From: Squalus acanthias
Lineage: Eukaryota
Direction of reading: 5' to 3'
Assembly (NCBI GenBank): GCA_030390025.1
Contig: CM059428.1
Location: forward strand, 86,242,001-86,306,000
Length of the DNA stretch: 64,000 nucleotides
The notes under the pieces were generated by a model. It did not search any database. It was not told the DNA's origin and saw only the letters and a program-made list of their open reading frames with translations. The position numbers and the translations under genes are program-made. Positions 1-9,860 of the stretch are shown one piece after another. Every line of letters begins with the position of its first letter. Position 1 is the first letter of the stretch.

Positions 1-466
1 AAGACTTGCATTTATATAGAGCCTTTCATGACTACCAGACATCTCAAAGCACTTTACAGCCAATGAAGTACTTTTGCAGTGGAGTCACTGTTGTAATGTG
101 GGAAACGCGGCAACCAATCTGCGCGCAGCAAACTCCCAGAAACAGCAATGTGATAATGACCAGATAATCTGTATTTTTGCTATGTTGGTTGAGGGATAAA
201 TATTGGCCAGGACACCAGTGATAACTCCCCTGCTCTTCTTCGAAATAGTGCCATGGGATCTTTTACGTCCACCTAAGAGCGCAGAGAGGGCCTCGGTTTA
301 GCGTCTCATCTGAAAGACAGCACCTCCGACAGTGCAGCACTCCCTCAGTACTGCACTGGGAGTGTCAGCCTAGCTTTATGTGCTCAAGTCCCTGGAGTGG
401 GACTTGAACCCACAACCTTCTGACTCAGAGGTGAGTGTGGTGCTACCAACTGAGCCACAGCTGACA
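1..466 (-). mobile_element. tRNA-derived DeuSINE (SacSINE1-like), near full length
   Basis: Minus strand starts TGTCAGCTGTGGCTCAGTTGGTAGC (A box) and has GGTTCAAGTCC (B box). It carries a Deu-like core (plus strand ATAGTGCCATGGGATCTTTTACGTCCACC) and a 3' tail TGAAAGGCTCTATATAAATGCAAGTCTT. At least five more copies occur in the window. Confidence 0.85.
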
Positions 467-1569
467 ATGATGACCCACAACGCCTCATGGAAGCCCAGTT
501 TTGAGCTGCTAGATCAGTTCTGAATCACCATTTAACATGATGGTAGTGCCACACAACACGATGGAGGGTGTGCTGAATGTGAATGCTCCTTCGTCTCCAC
601 AAGGACTGTGCGCTGGTCATTCCTACCAATACTGTCTGCAACAGGTAGATTGGCGAGGACGAGGTCAAGTAGGTATTTCCCTCGTGTTGATGTTGTCACC
701 ACCTGGCAGCTATGTCCTTCAGCTCGGTCAGTAATGATGCTACCAATCCACTCTTAGTAATGGACATTGAAGTCCCACACCGAGTACACTCTGTGCTACA
801 TTCATGTGTTCAACATGGAGGAGTACGGATTCGTCAGCTGAGGGAGGGCCGTAGGGTGGAAATCTGCAGGAGATTTTCTTGCCCATGTGTGATTCCTGAT
901 GACATGAGACTTCATGGAGTCCGGTGTCAATGTTGAGGACTCCAAGGGTCAATCCCTCCCTACTGTATACCACAGTGCTGCCACCTCCACTGGGTCTGTC
1001 CGACCGGTGGAACAGGACATATCCACGGATAGTGATGGAGGAATCTCGAATGTTGGCTGATAGGCTTGCCTAGTCTGTGGGGCAGCTCTCCCAATTTTGG
1101 CACAAGTCCTCAGATGTTAGTGAGAAGGATTTTTCAGGGTCATCTGGTCTTGGTGTGCCTTTGTCATGTTCAAATCGGATACCTAGGTCGCTGCCGGGTA
1201 CTCCATCCGGTTTTATTCTTATTGTAATTTTTTTGTAGCAGTTTGATACAAGTGAATGGCTTTCGGGGCCATTTCAGAGGCTGTTAAGAGCCAACCATGT
1301 TGGGTCTGGAGTCACATACAGGCCAGACTGGGTAAGGATGGCAGGATTCCTTTCCTAAAGCACATTAGTAAACCAGTTAGGTTTTTACGACAATCCAATA
1401 GCTTCATGGTAACCATTACTGATACTAGCTTTTTTTTATTCCAGATTTATTTAATTATTGAATTCAAATTCACAAACTGCCTTGGTGGGATTTGGAACTC
1501 ACATCACCGTATTAATAGTCCAGGCTTCTGGATTACTAGTGCAGTAACATAACCACTATGCTACCGTAC
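467..1569 (-). mobile_element. 5' part of a tRNA-headed LINE (tRNA-like head plus degenerate AP-endonuclease region), interrupted at its 5' tip by the provirus
   Basis: Minus strand begins GTACGGTAGCATAGTGG (A box) and has GAGTTCCAAATCCC (B box). The downstream sequence matches the copy at 41608-42243, which encodes PDIVVLTESYL...IPGYVLSHRQDRPTRGGG. The remaining 5' bases (GGG) lie beyond the 3' LTR at 9865-9867. Confidence 0.75.
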
Positions 1570-2782
1570 TGTAGGCTTCGCAAAATCCCCCAGAAACTCG
1601 AACAGAACCCTAAGTGAAGTGATTTGAGGTAAAACTCTCAGTTTTGGACATTTTTAAAGATCAGGGAAGAAAACCCTGAGGAAAATGACTTTTTGAATTT
1701 TACTGTTGGGAAAGACACCTTTTCACAGACACCGACAGGCTGCAGAGGGGCGTGGCCAGGCAGTGTATTAAGCTGTCTGGGAATGTGTTTACACTGCCTT
1801 TCTATCAAAGAGGAAGAGACAAAACCCTAAAGCCTCACACACATGTCAAAATATGAATAATCCAAGACCTCTTTTGAAATTGCCAGGCCACACAGGATGC
1901 CAGGGGCCTGAAATCAATAAAACATTAAGCAACCCAATTTATTCATCAAGAACCAATCAACCAGGTATCCACAGGACAGATTTCAAGCCCGCCAATAGAC
2001 CTAGGACAATAGGGATGAGATTTGGCGCGTAGATAAAGGCCTTGCCTAAATCGGAAAATGATCAGGACATGTTTAACACCAAGTTAAAGCCATCGGAACT
2101 GGCAAGCCCGCCAAAACTAGACAATGGACTAAACAGGGCTCATTTGAAACCTAAAGGAAACCGTTTTAGTAAGGGGCTTTGGGCGCGAAAAGGACAATAT
2201 AATTGGAGCCTGTCGCAGGGCTCGCTCTTTTTGGACTCGCTGACAACGCTGGCACAGCTCTCTCTCTCTCAGCCCTGCTCCAGAGAAGACACCACAAGCC
2301 ACGAGGAGGAGGAAGGAAGGCCAACAACGCCACAAACAGACCATCGCACAAGAAGAAACCAGAGCGACTGCCTCAGTGACCATCGGACACCTCGCAGCAA
2401 CAAGGGCCTTACAAAACTCAAAAGACTCTAGAACCCTGTCAAATCAATTTGTTTGGTGAGCATTATCCCTGATCTCCTGAAACCAAAACCTAGCTAGATA
2501 GTGGGATCTTTGGGAGGGATAAGGTTTTTTTGTTTGGTATATTGTCCTTCTCCCTCGCCTGTACCGTGTGTTCTCCAACCTGTGTTTAAGTATTAGGTGT
2601 GTTTTAAGTTTGTTAGCCTTTTCTTTTAATAGTCAAAATTCTTTCATCAGAACCTGTTGTCTACTGATTTTTTGTTCACAACCCCTAAATAAGTCCAAAG
2701 TCTAGGAACCAGGGGCGTGGGAGCGATTCAAACCGCTCACTGTGTCAGAAGGCGGAGGCTGACCCTATTACCACCCCCTTCA
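1570..2782 (+). repeat. 5' LTR (1213 bp)
   Basis: Starts TGTAGGCTTCG and ends CCCCTTCA. Aligns along its whole length with 8637-9860: about 40 substitutions and 4 indels by manual count. Confidence 0.97.
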
Positions 2783-2784
2783 TA

Positions 2785-4612
2785 ATGGTGACCGCGGCAG
2801 GACTTTGGCGAAAGGGTTGTGAAGCAGTAAATGCTGGTTTTGAGGAGAGAACAAGAACGGAAGAGAGGATGTTATCCTATGTATATAAAAAGGTCAATAT
2901 CACCAAGAAATGGGTCCTCAGGCTGTTGCATGCTGAATGTCCTATTGACGCTGCAGCTGCATGGACTGAGAGCAAGGAATACAATAAGTCTGTGGAGAAA
3001 GCCATATGGTTGGTCTGCTCCCAGAAACAAATGCAGCTTATGGGGAAGTGCATTCAGGCTCTCACAGAAGAGCTAAAGGAAGAAAGCCAACTGTCCCGTC
3101 CCAGAGCTATCGCAGGGGATAAGTTGTTAGCAGAGCTAGACACAAGATCAGGAACAGTCACAGATGGTGGAGGAACACCGTGCCAGTAAGGGATACCTCC
3201 AGTGTCAGGCCACCGAGGCCAAAAGTAGTGAACTGGCATTGCGGGAAGAGAACACCCGCCTTGCCAAGCAATTAAGGGAACTCACAGAGAAGTTAAAAGA
3301 TGTTCAGGCAGCTTACAGAGTAGCCAGTACAAGGGGGTTTGAAGTAGGGGACCACGCCCCCTGTCAGAAGAATATTGAGAGTCTGTACCGTGCTCTGTCC
3401 AAGACAAAAGGCATGATGTACCTGATAAGCCCGGGTGTGGCCCAGGTAGACCTGGAAGAGCAAGGGGAGACTGTTCGACCACCACCTGTGGCGCCAAGGA
3501 GAAGCTTGGTTAGGCAGCAGGAGGGGCAGACAATTTGTGAGGCTGTCAGGGAGAGCACACCAGCACCTATGGCGCCGAGTTTTGACTCAGTCTGGCAGCA
3601 GGGAGATGGGGGCAAACCAATGCAGGAGAAGTCGGAGCCAGGGCCAATGTGCCCAGCGCGACAGCAAAAGTTTGGCCCGCCCGCTGGTGGTGGAGGTCAG
3701 GGACCCCTTGAAAATCAATTTGTGGCTCCCCATGGTACACAACAGCTTAGGGCTATGGTAAGCCATCTGAGTAAACTACCCAAAAGGAAGACCCCTCAGT
3801 CCACTTCATGGAAGTGGAACAGAAAGCAGGCATCAACGACTGTGATGATGCAGAGATGGCAAAAATGCTCCTGTTCTCATTAGATGGCAAACTATACCAG
3901 TCCCTCTCTGCTGAGAGCAAGAGTGGACAGAATGGGTATGCTGCCATCAGAGAGGAGGTTTTAGAGGCCATGGGAATGAATGAGGGAAGTCCTTTCTCCC
4001 GGGTGGAAAAAACAGTGCAGCTCGCAGGGGAGACCCCACAGGCTTTCGCAGACAGACTGTGGCCGGTGTACACGGGTACTTGTAATGGGGATCTCGATCG
4101 AGCTAACCTGAACAGGGATGAGCTGGCCCACTGGCTCCGTAGCCTAGTGGCAAACAGCTTGCCACGAATAAAAACCAAGGCTGAGCTTTGGTTTGACCCG
4201 AAAGACCCCCGGGTCACTGAGGAGGCAGTGGTCAGGCAACTGACCCTAGCCTACCGGAACGGTAGGGGAGCTAAAGACACCCCACCAAAAGGAAAGGTGT
4301 ATGAAATAAAGCCCAGTCAGGATAAGAAGGAGTGGCACCAGGAAAGTGGTAAACCTTCCGACACAAAACGTAACTGCTTTGGGTGCGGGAAGAGGGGGCA
4401 CTGGAGAAAGGACTGTAGAAATCCCTGGAAGGATATACTAACAAAGAATTCCCCAGCTTTAGCCCCAAAAGTAGAGGCACCGACCTCTTCCCCCACACTG
4501 GACACAATAGTAGCGGCCATCAGAGTCCTGTTTGGTGGCCCAGGGAAGGTAGCTACAGCCACTGGTACATTAATCCCATCTGCTCCCCCCCCCCCCTAAC
4601 GCAGACCTATGA
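2785..4612 (+). pseudogene. gag: Retroviral-type gag, frameshifted: coiled coil, capsid MHR-like motif, CCHC zinc knuckle
   Basis: Three overlapping ORFs (2785-3189, 3164-3883, 3808-4599). Heptads LREENTRLAKQLRELTEKLKDVQ; MHR-like QLAGETPQAFADRL; CFGCGKRGHWRKDC at 4375-4416. The true start codon is uncertain. Confidence 0.9.
2786..2803 (+). promoter_or_regulatory. Primer-binding site, tRNA-Ser-like
   Basis: TGGTGACCGCGGCAGGAC, 3 nt after the LTR end. It resembles the complement of the vertebrate tRNA-Ser 3' end (TGGCGTAGTCGGCAGGAT) but imperfectly, so the tRNA identity is tentative. Confidence 0.7.
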
Positions 4613-5638
4613 CTAGAACCAGCGCAGCCTGTCTACCTGTGTTCCCCGGGATACAATGGTAAGAAGTGGGTGGAGAATGTGCAGGGGAGATGTTTGGTGG
4701 ACACCGGAGCTGCCAGCACGGTGGTCCAATCAGAAGACCTGACCAATTCACCCAGGTCTAACGGGGTCCCGTACAGTTTAATGGGAATCACAGGGAACAA
4801 GCAGGCTGGGGCAATGTCCAAACCTTTGGACATAGATTTAGGATCCCTCCATACCACGTGGGAGGGTAACCAAAAGGCCAACAAGTTGGCCAAGCAGGGG
4901 GCCAAGGAAGGAGAGTTCTGGGATCCCTATAAAGCAGGTCCGGTAGCTGCAATCCGGGACAAGGGAGGCACACAGGAGGTAGCTTTGCCCCCGGACTTAA
5001 AGCAGGTCCAAGCCCAGAATCCCATCCTTCAGGCCATCCTGGTAGAGAGAGAGAGTGGGGAGTCCCTTGAAGGTACGTTCAGGGCAGCGGATGAGATTTT
5101 AAAACAGAGTCACTGGCAAGCAGCCAGTAACCTGGGGAGCCAGCACCAGAAAGATCGGCTGCTGCTAGAACCCCAGAGAACCCATGAGTGGGAGATTGAC
5201 CAGTGTAAACTGTTTAAACCCGAGAGCAGGGAACAGCCAGCAAAGGTGGACTGCCCCCAAGTTAGAAATCCTCAGCCAGCAGCAGCTGTGGCAGACGCAC
5301 AAGCTGCAGCGGGAGGAACAGTGTGTTGTTTCACAGGAGAGAACACTCCACCGATTATGTGGGACTCAAGCACACCCCCAGTGGCCAGAGCCCTAAGAAG
5401 GTCTCCCCGCACACCACAGCCAAGGCTACTGTGGCCACAGGTGTATCTGTTTAGAGGGTCCCACCCAAAGAGGGTTGCAACCCGAAAAAGAGCGCCCAAG
5501 AACAGGGAGCATTCTAAAGTTGGGGATTCCCAGCCTACAGCCTCCAACAGTGAGGGATTCACAGGAGAGGTAGTACTGGAAAAAGAGAGAAGGGTCCCCC
5601 GCCTGCAGCCTCAGGCTGGGAGGAGCCCACAGATATGA
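4613..5638 (+). pseudogene. pol: Internally deleted pol: aspartic protease N-part, RNase H C-terminal helix, integrase-flanking remnants, C-terminal extension
   Basis: LVDTGA (DTG at 4700-4708) and flap-like LMGITG, then directly EGNQKANKLAKQGA (RNase H C-terminus type GNxxADxLAKxGA). Next come DLKQVQAQNPIL (pre-integrase linker) and HWQAASNLG...HEWEIDQCKLF (integrase C-terminal pieces). No YxDD and no DDE core. Confidence 0.85.
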
Positions 5639-6024
5639 ACGAGGGCGCTGCAGCCACACCAAAGGGGGTAGTGTGCTGCAGCACAGGACTCAGCTGGGAT
5701 GTTAAGATACCCCCAGCGGTTTTGAGGAAGGCCTTCTGGGTCCGGCGGTACAGGCCGCACTACACCCAGGTGTACAAGCCATCCAGAGGCCACATAAGGC
5801 AGAGACTAAACAGGATTTAACCTGGCCGTCCGGAGACGGGCGGCAAATGTACAGAATTTTCGGTTTTAAGTAATTGCAGTTTTGGTAGTTATGGGTTATC
5901 ATTAGTTTAGTTATTTGTAGAGTTTTTTTTTTAAGTTTAAGGGCTTGATTAATTATCCAGCCAGAAAACCTTTCTGGAACATGGATATATGTTTTGTGTG
6001 TGCCCTTACAGAAAGGATTTCAGA

Positions 6025-8355
6025 ATGACAAGGGTTCTGCTCCTGCTCGCCCTGGTGACGTGGAGGACTCCCACATTTATGGGTGCTCAGGAGAGAGAGC
6101 ACCAGTTGTCACCGCAGGGGGCGGCGAACGGGGAGTGGAGGAGCTCGCCATCTACTTCCACGAGGGAAGGTGGCCAGGGTGGCTGGGGTCCAACTCTACT
6201 AAATACTCCAACCAGCCTGGGTTCACGTATGGAGAGGCCTCCCTCCCATGCCCCAGAATACAGGTCGTTGCCACAAGGGTCAGTGTCACCGAGGGGGAGC
6301 ATATGTGCCTTACCTGTAAGGGACGAATTCTCCTGAATAGGTGGTGGTGGCTGAGGAAGCTGAGCAGGGACGCAGGGGACCATACAGCCGACTGGGAAAG
6401 ATTAGGGAATGACACCTACCGGACAATCACAGGGACCCAAGGAGGAGTGAGTGTGTGTTGGGATAAGTGGTGGGAGTCGGAACAGGGAGTCTATGTTTGT
6501 ATGTGAGGATCAGAGGAAGCCTGCCCCACAGGGGTATCCATCATCTTCTCCAGCCAATGGCAAGATGCCGGGGAGGGGATAGGGTGGGATTCTAGCCTGC
6601 ATGGGTGCGTGGTCCCACACATTCCGGTCCCAGTTAATGTCACTGAACTCGTGGCACACACCCGAAAGCCCCTACCCAAGACCCAAGTACTGAAAACCCT
6701 GGAAGAAAAGTGCCCTACCACCACCGAGGGACCAGGGAATGGGTTAGTCCTAGTACCAACCGAAAAGGTACTATACCAGGGGGTACACTATGCAGTAGCT
6801 TCAGTAATATTAAACCTTACCGAGGTATACTTACCCGAGTGGTGTCCTAAGGAGACGGAGCAGCTGTACCAGGCCCTGCTAAAGGAAATGTTTAGGAAAT
6901 TTTACAAATTTGATTTTGCCAATATAGACAAAGTAGAGCTATACAGAATACACCCTGAGAACCCTATGGGCACGGGTAGACAAAGAAGGGGAGCCTGGAA
7001 TTATGTTTTCACTGCCTATAGCACAGGATTCTCTGTAATAAATAGCCTGGATGACATGGAATTACAGACACAGATAAATGGTTTAAAAACCCAGTTAAGA
7101 AAGATCCTGAAGGATGGGAACACAGTGGTAGGCTCAGAGCTACATGAAGACCAAGCTATGACGATTCATTTAAAGGAAATTATTGCAGAATTGGAAAGGC
7201 ATGCCAAAACAGTGAATGCACTCATACGGGAGGATAGGAATGCATCGGATCAGGCTGCACAGAACGAGGTGTGTGTGCTATACGGGGCATGGTTGCTGGG
7301 CGAGGGCCGTAGCAACCTGCAGGATTTAAAGCAAGGTTTAGTCCCCTCCTGGATCAGCAACAAGCACCTCGCAGCCCTCCACCCGTTTAGTAATTCGCTG
7401 AGCCCATGCCAATTTCATATAGCCTCTGAAGCCTACCCTGTCCCAATAGATTGTGGGCGTTCCAATCACACTATAATGGGGATAGTAGTGAGAATGCAGG
7501 TCATGAGTGGGACAGCCTGACCCGTACCGGTATACAGGGTGGAGAATATTGAAGTCATTCAAGGGGGTGCACACATCTGTTTTACAGCGGTCCCACCTTA
7601 TGTCATAAAGTGGGAGCACGCCATGACAGGTACTGACCTCTCCGGGTGCCAGAACCAGGGTTCACACATAATACTCTGTCCCCAGTACTTGAACACCTAT
7701 TCGAAACCACAGTGCAGGTTTAAAGCTGCTGGCGCACGACCTATCAACTGTACCATGGACGTAATGGCACACGGCCATGTTTCCCCACAGGTAGCATATA
7801 TAGGGGGTGGGACATATTGTGTCACCATAGGTGCGTCCCACTACCAGCATGGACACTTCTGGTGTCCAGTAAGTGACAGCAGTTTTCTGCTTTAAACCCG
7901 AGGCAGAAGTTCAAGTGGCCCAGGAACGGATTATCCCCATTCCTGAACCCTCCACTGTTCACCTCACTGTAACAGAAAACATCACCAACCTGCAAAAGTA
8001 TGTGACTTACTTTGGATATAAAATTCCCCCTCTACCCGAAAATCTTGCCATCCTAATTAAAGCTGTAGAGATTTCACAAAAACATTTCTACACCCTGGAA
8101 CAGAAAACAGTTGAAATAGGGGCAGAGATTTTGGATATAGTAGTTAGACCCTGGTGGGATATTTTTGAGAATATAGAGGTGCCTTCCTGGATCAGGATAG
8201 CTTCCCATCTTTTGGTGGTCTGCCAGCTCGGGATAGTTCTCTACCTGCTGTGTACAAAGTGCAGGGGAAGGAACGGGGAGCTCCGTTCCAGACACGAAGG
8301 GACTTGGGAAGTGCATCAAAATAAAGGCTATGGCCAGGGATGGAACGAACCTTGA
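6025..8355 (+). pseudogene. env: env: signal peptide, Ig-like domain, F-type class I fusion protein, TM; two stops and two frameshifts
   Basis: Signal MTRVLLLLALVTW at 6025. ORFs 5994-6506, 6609-7520 and 7539-7895 share one frame, separated by single TGA codons. Furin site RQRR at 6978-6989, then fusion peptide GAWNYVFTAYSTGFSVINS, a heptad repeat and a Cys-rich block. A +1 frameshift near 7882 leads to TM IASHLLVVCQLGIVLYLLC. Confidence 0.88.
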
Positions 8356-8625
8356 TTTTGCCTTTTAATAAAAAAAATTGTATGTGTGTTGTGTCATTTT
8401 TATGATGTGCATGATGTGTTTTTCCAAACTGTGCAGGGGTGTCGGACCCTCTCCATGCTGGGATGTGAAATAAAGATTGATTCTTACCTGTATGTACCTG
8501 AAACATCACATTTAAAAGGGGAATGTTAGTTTGGGTTTTTAGTTTAGGTAATACAGGGGAAGGTTGGTTTTCGGGGATCAGAAATTTTGCTCACCTGTTA
8601 ATGATACTAATTCAGGTTTAGTATC

Positions 8626-8636
8626 AAAGTGGGGAA
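8626..8636 (+). promoter_or_regulatory. Polypurine tract
   Basis: AAAGTGGGGAA immediately before the TG of the 3' LTR. Confidence 0.85.
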
Positions 8637-9860
8637 TGTAGGCTTCGCAAAATCCCCCAGAAACTCGAACAGAACCCTAAGTGAAGTGATTTGAGGTAAA
8701 ACCCTCAGTTTTGGACATTTTTAAAGATCAGGGAAGAAAACCCTGAGGAAATGACTTTTTGAATCTTACTGTTGGGAAAGACGCCTTTTCACAGACACCG
8801 ACAGGCTGCAGAGGGGCGTGACCAGGCAGTGTATTAAGCTGTCTGGGAATGTGTTTACACTGCCTTTCTATCAAGGAGGAAGAGACAAAACCCAAAAGCC
8901 TCACACACACATCAAAATATGAATAATCCAAGACCTCTTTTGAAATTGCCAGGCCACACAGGATGCCAGGGGCCTGAAATCAATAAAACATTAAGCAACC
9001 CGATTTACTTCATCAAGAACCAACCAACCAGGTATCCACAGGACAGATTTAAAGCCCGCCAATAGACCTAGGACAATAGGGATGAGATTTGGCGCGTAGA
9101 TAAAGGCCTTGCCTAAATCGGAAAACGATCAGGACATGTTTAACACCAAGTTAAAGCCATTGGAACTGGCAAGCCTGCCAAAACTAGACAATGGACTAAA
9201 CAGGGCTCATTTGAAACCTAAAGGAAACCGTTTTAGTAAGGGGCTTTGGGCACGAAAAGGACAATATAATTGGAGCCTGTCCCAGGGCTCGCTCTTTTTG
9301 GACTCGCTGACCACGCTGGCACAGCTCTCTCTCTCTCTCTCTCTCTCAGCCCTGCTCCAGAGAAGACACCACAAGCCACGAGGAGGAGGAAGGAAGGCCA
9401 ACAACTCCACAAACAGACCATCACACAAGAAGAAACCAGAGCAACTGCCTCAGTGACTATCGGACACCTCGCAGCAACAAGGGCCTTACGAAACTCCAAA
9501 GACTCTAGAACCCGGTCAAATCAATTCATTTGGTGAGCATTATCCCTGATCTCCTGAAACCAAAACCTAGCTAGATAGTGGGATCTTTGGGAGGGATAAG
9601 GTTTTTTTGTTTGGTATATTGTCCTTCTCCCTAGCCTGTACCGTGTGTTCCCCAACCTGTGTTTAAGTATTAAGTGTGTTTTAAGTTTGTTAGCCTTTCC
9701 TTTTAATAGTCAAAATTCTTTCATCAGAACCTGTTGTCTACTGCATTTTTTGTTCACAGCCCCTAAATAAGTACAAAGTCTAGGAACCAGGGGCATGGGA
9801 GCGATTTGAACCACTCACTGAGTCAGAAGGCGAAGGCTGACCCCATTACCACCCCCTACA
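8637..9860 (+). repeat. 3' LTR (1224 bp)
   Basis: TGTAGG...CCTACA 6-bp terminal inverted repeat, followed by TSD GTAC. Its (CT)n tract is 10 nt longer than in the 5' LTR. Confidence 0.97.

Larger units (their letters stand above)
1570..9860 (+). mobile_element. Endogenous retrovirus-like LTR element (lokiretrovirus-like candidate), non-autonomous: gag, deleted pol, env
   Basis: Two ~1.2-kb direct repeats; outer termini TGTAGG...CCTACA. 4-bp TSD GTAC at 1566-1569 and 9861-9864. PBS at 2786 and PPT at 8626-8636. Gag, protease and env motifs occur in that order. Confidence 0.97.

Noticed and set aside
1480-1569. tRNA genes at A/B-box motifs (also 390-466, 42160-42243, 56460-56553)
   Set aside because: These are SINE/LINE heads continuing into repeat bodies; no complete cloverleaf or terminator is evident.
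2042-2431. 129-aa ORF (and antisense ORFs) inside the LTR as an accessory gene
   Set aside because: It starts at TTG, is frameshifted in the 3' LTR by the (CT)n length change, and has no recognisable motif.
6260-6506. Ig-like ORF as a host antigen-receptor V segment or host exon
   Set aside because: It lies between the LTRs, in frame with the fusion protein, with no visible RSS heptamer/nonamer or flanking splice sites.
6025-8355. Domesticated, syncytin-like functional env at this locus
   Set aside because: Two in-frame stops and two frameshifts; this copy is a pseudogene unless these are sequencing errors.
1570-9860. Reading the two 1.2-kb repeats as a segmental duplication or assembly error
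   Set aside because: TG..CA ends, TSD, PBS, PPT and ~3% divergence identify them as LTRs.
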